Positions 42,205-45,101 of a DNA stretch of 45,101 nt are shown here, piece after piece. Position numbers and translations under genes: made by a program. The notes under the pieces are model-generated. The model saw nothing but the letters and a program-made list of their open reading frames with translations. It had not been told where the DNA came from and ran no database searches. How positions within the stretch are numbered: position 1 is the stretch's first letter; each line of letters opens with the position of its first letter. Origin of the DNA: Christensenellaceae bacterium (lineage in GTDB: Bacteria; Bacillota; Clostridia; Christensenellales; Borkfalkiaceae). The stretch spans positions 1-45,101 of the forward strand of contig JAZSJY010000086.1 of the NCBI GenBank assembly GCA_045534565.1, written 5' to 3'.

Positions 42205-44763
42205 CTATTTTGCGTCAAACCAAGTTTTACCACAACCAACGCTAACGGTCAGTTTAACGGCAAGGTCAACTGCTCCTTCCATTTCTTCAATTAGTATTTT
42301 TTCCACTTGCGCTTGTTCGCTTATAAACGCGTCTACTATAAGTTCGTCGTGCACTTGAAGTATCAATTGCGAATTTAAACCTTCTTGTTTAAGGCGTTTA
42401 TGTACGCCAAGCATAGCAAGTTTAATTATGTCTGCACTACTACCTTGTAAAGGCATATTCATTGCTACCCTTTCACCGAACTGACGCAAATTGTAGTTTG
42501 AAGACGAAAGTTCACGAATATATCTTTTTCTTTTTAACAAAGTCGTGGAGTAGCCGTTTTCTTTAGCAAAGGCAACGTTTTTGTTCATATATTCTTTTAC
42601 TTGTGGGTATTCCTTAAAGTATGCAAAAATATAATCTCTTGCTTCGGCGTTGGAAATTTTTAGTTGTTTTGCAAGCCCGTATTCACTCATGCCGTAAATA
42701 ATGCCAAAGTTAACGGCTTTTGCTCTACTGCGCATTTGTGGGGTAACTTGGTCAACGGGTACGCCGAACACCTTGCTTGCCGTGGCGGTGTGGACGTCCT
42801 TTCCGTTTTTGAAGGCGTTTATAAGTTCAACGCAACCAGAGAAGGCGGCGAGTAAACGCAATTCAATTTGCGAATAGTCTGCGCCTATTAAAATTCTATC
42901 TTCGCTCTTTGGCACGAAGAATTTTCTAATTTCTTTACCTTCGTCGTCACGAACGGGAATATTTTGAAGGTTGGGTTCTTTACTTGAAAGCCTACCCGTA
43001 GAAGTAACCGTTTGGTTGAACGAAGTGTGTATGAGCCCCGTATTTTTATCAATCAACGGCTTAAAACCTTCAACGTAGGTAGATTGTAATTTTTGTAATT
43101 GACGGTAACGCAAAATTAAGGGGATAACGGGGTGTTCGCTTTCTAAACTTTCCAAAATTTCAGCCGTCGTTGAATAGCCGTGTTTAGTCTTTTTGCCTTT
43201 ACCGAGTTTTAATTTTTCAAAAATAAGGTCGCCAAGTTGTTTTGGTGAGTTTACGTTTAACGTTTGGTCTTGGGCAATATCGCGAATTTGACTTTCAATC
43301 TGGTCAAGAATAGCGCGGTATTTAAGGCTCGTTTGGTTTAATAATTGATAGTCTATTTTAAAGCCCGAAACTTCCATGTCAAAAAGCACGTTAGATAGTG
43401 GCAACTCAACGTTGCGATAAAGCGACACCATATCTTCTTTTTCAAGTTTTTCGGTAAGCAAGTTATAGCAAGATAAAAGGGAGTGGGCAGGGGCTAAAGA
43501 ATCTAAACCGTATTCGTCAATAGCGTCTTGAAGTTGTTCGTCACGTCCGGAATAATCGGCAAGATATTTCATAAGTGAAACGTCTTCAACGGAAGAAGAA
43601 AGTTCTACGTCTAAGTTGTCTTTAAGAAAATGTTTTAAGTATTTTGCGTTCCATAAAACGAGAGTTTTTTTCCCTGAAAAAAGACTTTTTACCGAAGATA
43701 AGGCGTCGGTAAGGTTAAACCCGTCGTCAAACAAACTTTTTCTTACGGGGATAACGTATTCGTCGTTACCGAAAGAAAAATGCACGCCGTTTTCTTCAAT
43801 AAAAAACGCAACCGTTTTGCTATTTATAAGACTTTTTACTTGTTCAAGTTCTTCAATTTTAATTACGTTTGCTTTAGTCGTTACTATTTCCGTTTCCGTT
43901 TGTTCTTCGGCTAAGAAAATATCGTCACGCTTATAAAGGCTTTTGAATTCAAGTTCAATAAATCTTTTTCTAACGCTTAAAGGAAAGATAGTAGGAACGA
44001 CCATTTTGCTAACGTCGGTATCAACACCGCAATCACAGTCAATAGTGGCAAGGCGTTTAGATAAGAGAGCGCTTTCACGCCCGAGTTCAACTTTTTCTTT
44101 TAGCTTGCCTTTAAGGTCGCTTACGTTTTCGTAAAGATTTTCTACCGAGCCGTAAGTTTGTAAAAGCGTTAAGGCAGTCTTTTCGCCAACGCCGGCAATC
44201 CCGGGTATGTTGTCAGAACTATCCCCCATAAGTCCTTTAAGGTCTATAATTTGTAATGGGGTAATCCCCGTTTTTTCGGTAAAGTTTTCGTGCGTGTAAA
44301 TTTCTACGTCGGTTATACCGCGTTTTGTAAAGTGAACTTCGGTTTGTTCGTCAACTAATTGAAAAGAATCTTTATCGCCCGTAAAAATTATCGTTTGAAT
44401 ATCCGTGTGTTTAGCAATAGTGCCTATAATATCGTCGGCTTCAGAGCCTTCCTTTTCAAAGGTTTTAACGCCCATAAGAGAAAGGACTTCTTTAAGAAGT
44501 GGAATTTGTGGGCGAAGTTCTTCGGGCATAGGTTTTCTAGTGCCCTTGTATTCAGCGTAAAGTTTATGGCGGAAAGTGGGGGCTTTAAGGTCAAAGGCAA
44601 CGCCAACGTAAGTGGGCTTAATTTCGCCAAGCATCTTAAAGAACATATTCATAAAACCGTAAACAGCGTTGGTGGGCGTACCGCTTTTAGTGGTTAAAAG
44701 AGGCATAGCGTAAAAGGCGCGGTTTATAAGACTGTTTCCGTCAATCAATACTAATTTTTCCAT
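42205..44763 (-). CDS. polA: DNA polymerase I
   Basis: Start at the ATG at 44763 (MEKLVLIDGNSL). 5'-nuclease domain, DYSQIELR (motif A), QVHDELI (motif C). 852 aa. Confidence 0.95.
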   Translation of the reverse strand: MEKLVLIDGNSLINRAFYAMPLLTTKSGTPTNAVYGFMNMFFKMLGEIKPTYVGVAFDLKAPTFRHKLYAEYKGTRKPMPEELRPQIPLLKEVLSLMGVKTFEKEGSEADDIIGTIAKHTDIQTIIFTGDKDSFQLVDEQTEVHFTKRGITDVEIYTHENFTEKTGITPLQIIDLKGLMGDSSDNIPGIAGVGEKTALTLLQTYGSVENLYENVSDLKGKLKEKVELGRESALLSKRLATIDCDCGVDTDVSKMVVPTIFPLSVRKRFIELEFKSLYKRDDIFLAEEQTETEIVTTKANVIKIEELEQVKSLINSKTVAFFIEENGVHFSFGNDEYVIPVRKSLFDDGFNLTDALSSVKSLFSGKKTLVLWNAKYLKHFLKDNLDVELSSSVEDVSLMKYLADYSGRDEQLQDAIDEYGLDSLAPAHSLLSCYNLLTEKLEKEDMVSLYRNVELPLSNVLFDMEVSGFKIDYQLLNQTSLKYRAILDQIESQIRDIAQDQTLNVNSPKQLGDLIFEKLKLGKGKKTKHGYSTTAEILESLESEHPVIPLILRYRQLQKLQSTYVEGFKPLIDKNTGLIHTSFNQTVTSTGRLSSKEPNLQNIPVRDDEGKEIRKFFVPKSEDRILIGADYSQIELRLLAAFSGCVELINAFKNGKDVHTATASKVFGVPVDQVTPQMRSRAKAVNFGIIYGMSEYGLAKQLKISNAEARDYIFAYFKEYPQVKEYMNKNVAFAKENGYSTTLLKRKRYIRELSSSNYNLRQFGERVAMNMPLQGSSADIIKLAMLGVHKRLKQEGLNSQLILQVHDELIVDAFISEQAQVEKILIEEMEGAVDLAVKLTVSVGCGKTWFDAK

Positions 44764-44901
44764 AAAAATCCTTTTAATACGCTTGCAAAAAATAATAAAT
44801 TGTGCTATTATCATATAGCAAGCGTAGGTTTGGTAAATAGTTTACCTAATAATTTTATCAAAAATACTTTAAATTTGCAACAATATTTAAAAATATCTTT
44901 T

Positions 44902-44988
44902 GCCGCTGTGGTGAAATTGGCAGACGCGCTGGACTCAAAATCCTGTGGTAGTGATACCGTATCGGTTCAAGTCCGATCAGCGGCACCA
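44902..44988 (+). tRNA. tRNA-Leu (anticodon CAA), CCA encoded
   Basis: Acceptor stem GCCGCTG/CAGCGGC. Anticodon loop CTCAAAA. Long variable arm GGTAGTGATACC. T-arm ATCGG-TTCAAGT-CCGAT. 3' ACCA. Confidence 0.93.
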
Positions 44989-45032
44989 AACAGGTTCTAC
45001 CGAATCATCTAGATTTGATAGAACCTGTTTTT
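44989..45032 (+). terminator. intrinsic terminator after tRNA-Leu
   Basis: AACAGGTTCTA (44989-44999) pairs with TAGAACCTGTT (45019-45029), followed by a T-run. Confidence 0.8.
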
Positions 45033-45101
45033 ATGTTAATTTGATGAACTTGACATAATCTAGGGCTCCCAAAAAGTATCGAAGAACTTTTTGGGAAGAG
45101 G

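Noticed and set aside
45047-45101. TTGACA followed by the hairpin CCCAAAAAG...CTTTTTGGG at the window edge.
   Set aside because: It is truncated by the end of the window. I cannot tell whether it is a leader, a riboswitch or a terminator.

Overview
45.1-kb origin-proximal chromosomal segment of a low-GC Gram-positive, Clostridia-like genome. This placement is an inference from strong AGGAGG-type Shine-Dalgarno sites, Firmicute-type parS and the sporulation gene yyaC. Housekeeping backbone: dnaN, rpmH-rnpA-yidD-yidC-jag, recF divergent from dnaA-mnmG, RNase P RNA (rnpB, minus strand, hidden under two spurious track ORFs), radC-gltX, ftsH-parA-parB, coaE-polA and tRNA-Leu(CAA). Accessory blocks: two AraC-linked enzyme modules (FAD oxidoreductase; GH-like protein plus creatininase-family hydrolase); a ZIP transporter / mini-FTR / thioredoxin operon; three paralogous PlsC-like acyltransferases with a zinc ribbon; an AT-rich XRE-controlled pair of zinc-ribbon membrane proteins; and a DeoR / sorbose-1-P-reductase-like / fruK operon. 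No CRISPR array, transposase, integrase or recognisable defence enzymes were seen. Most notable observations: (1) four parS sites upstream of ftsH-parAB, three of them at an exact 44-bp pitch; (2) scrambled origin-region synteny, with no visible DnaA boxes flanking dnaA; (3) an AT-rich zinc-ribbon membrane-protein operon whose near-consensus promoter is bracketed by a perfect 10-bp inverted repeat, next to a divergent XRE gene; (4) a ~200-bp structured insert that has split an intrinsic terminator, leaving a 14-bp flanking duplication; (5) a gene-conversion tract between tandem acyltransferase paralogs; (6) a small ORF interrupted by a 1-nt frameshift. All functional calls come from motif recognition by eye; no database search was run.
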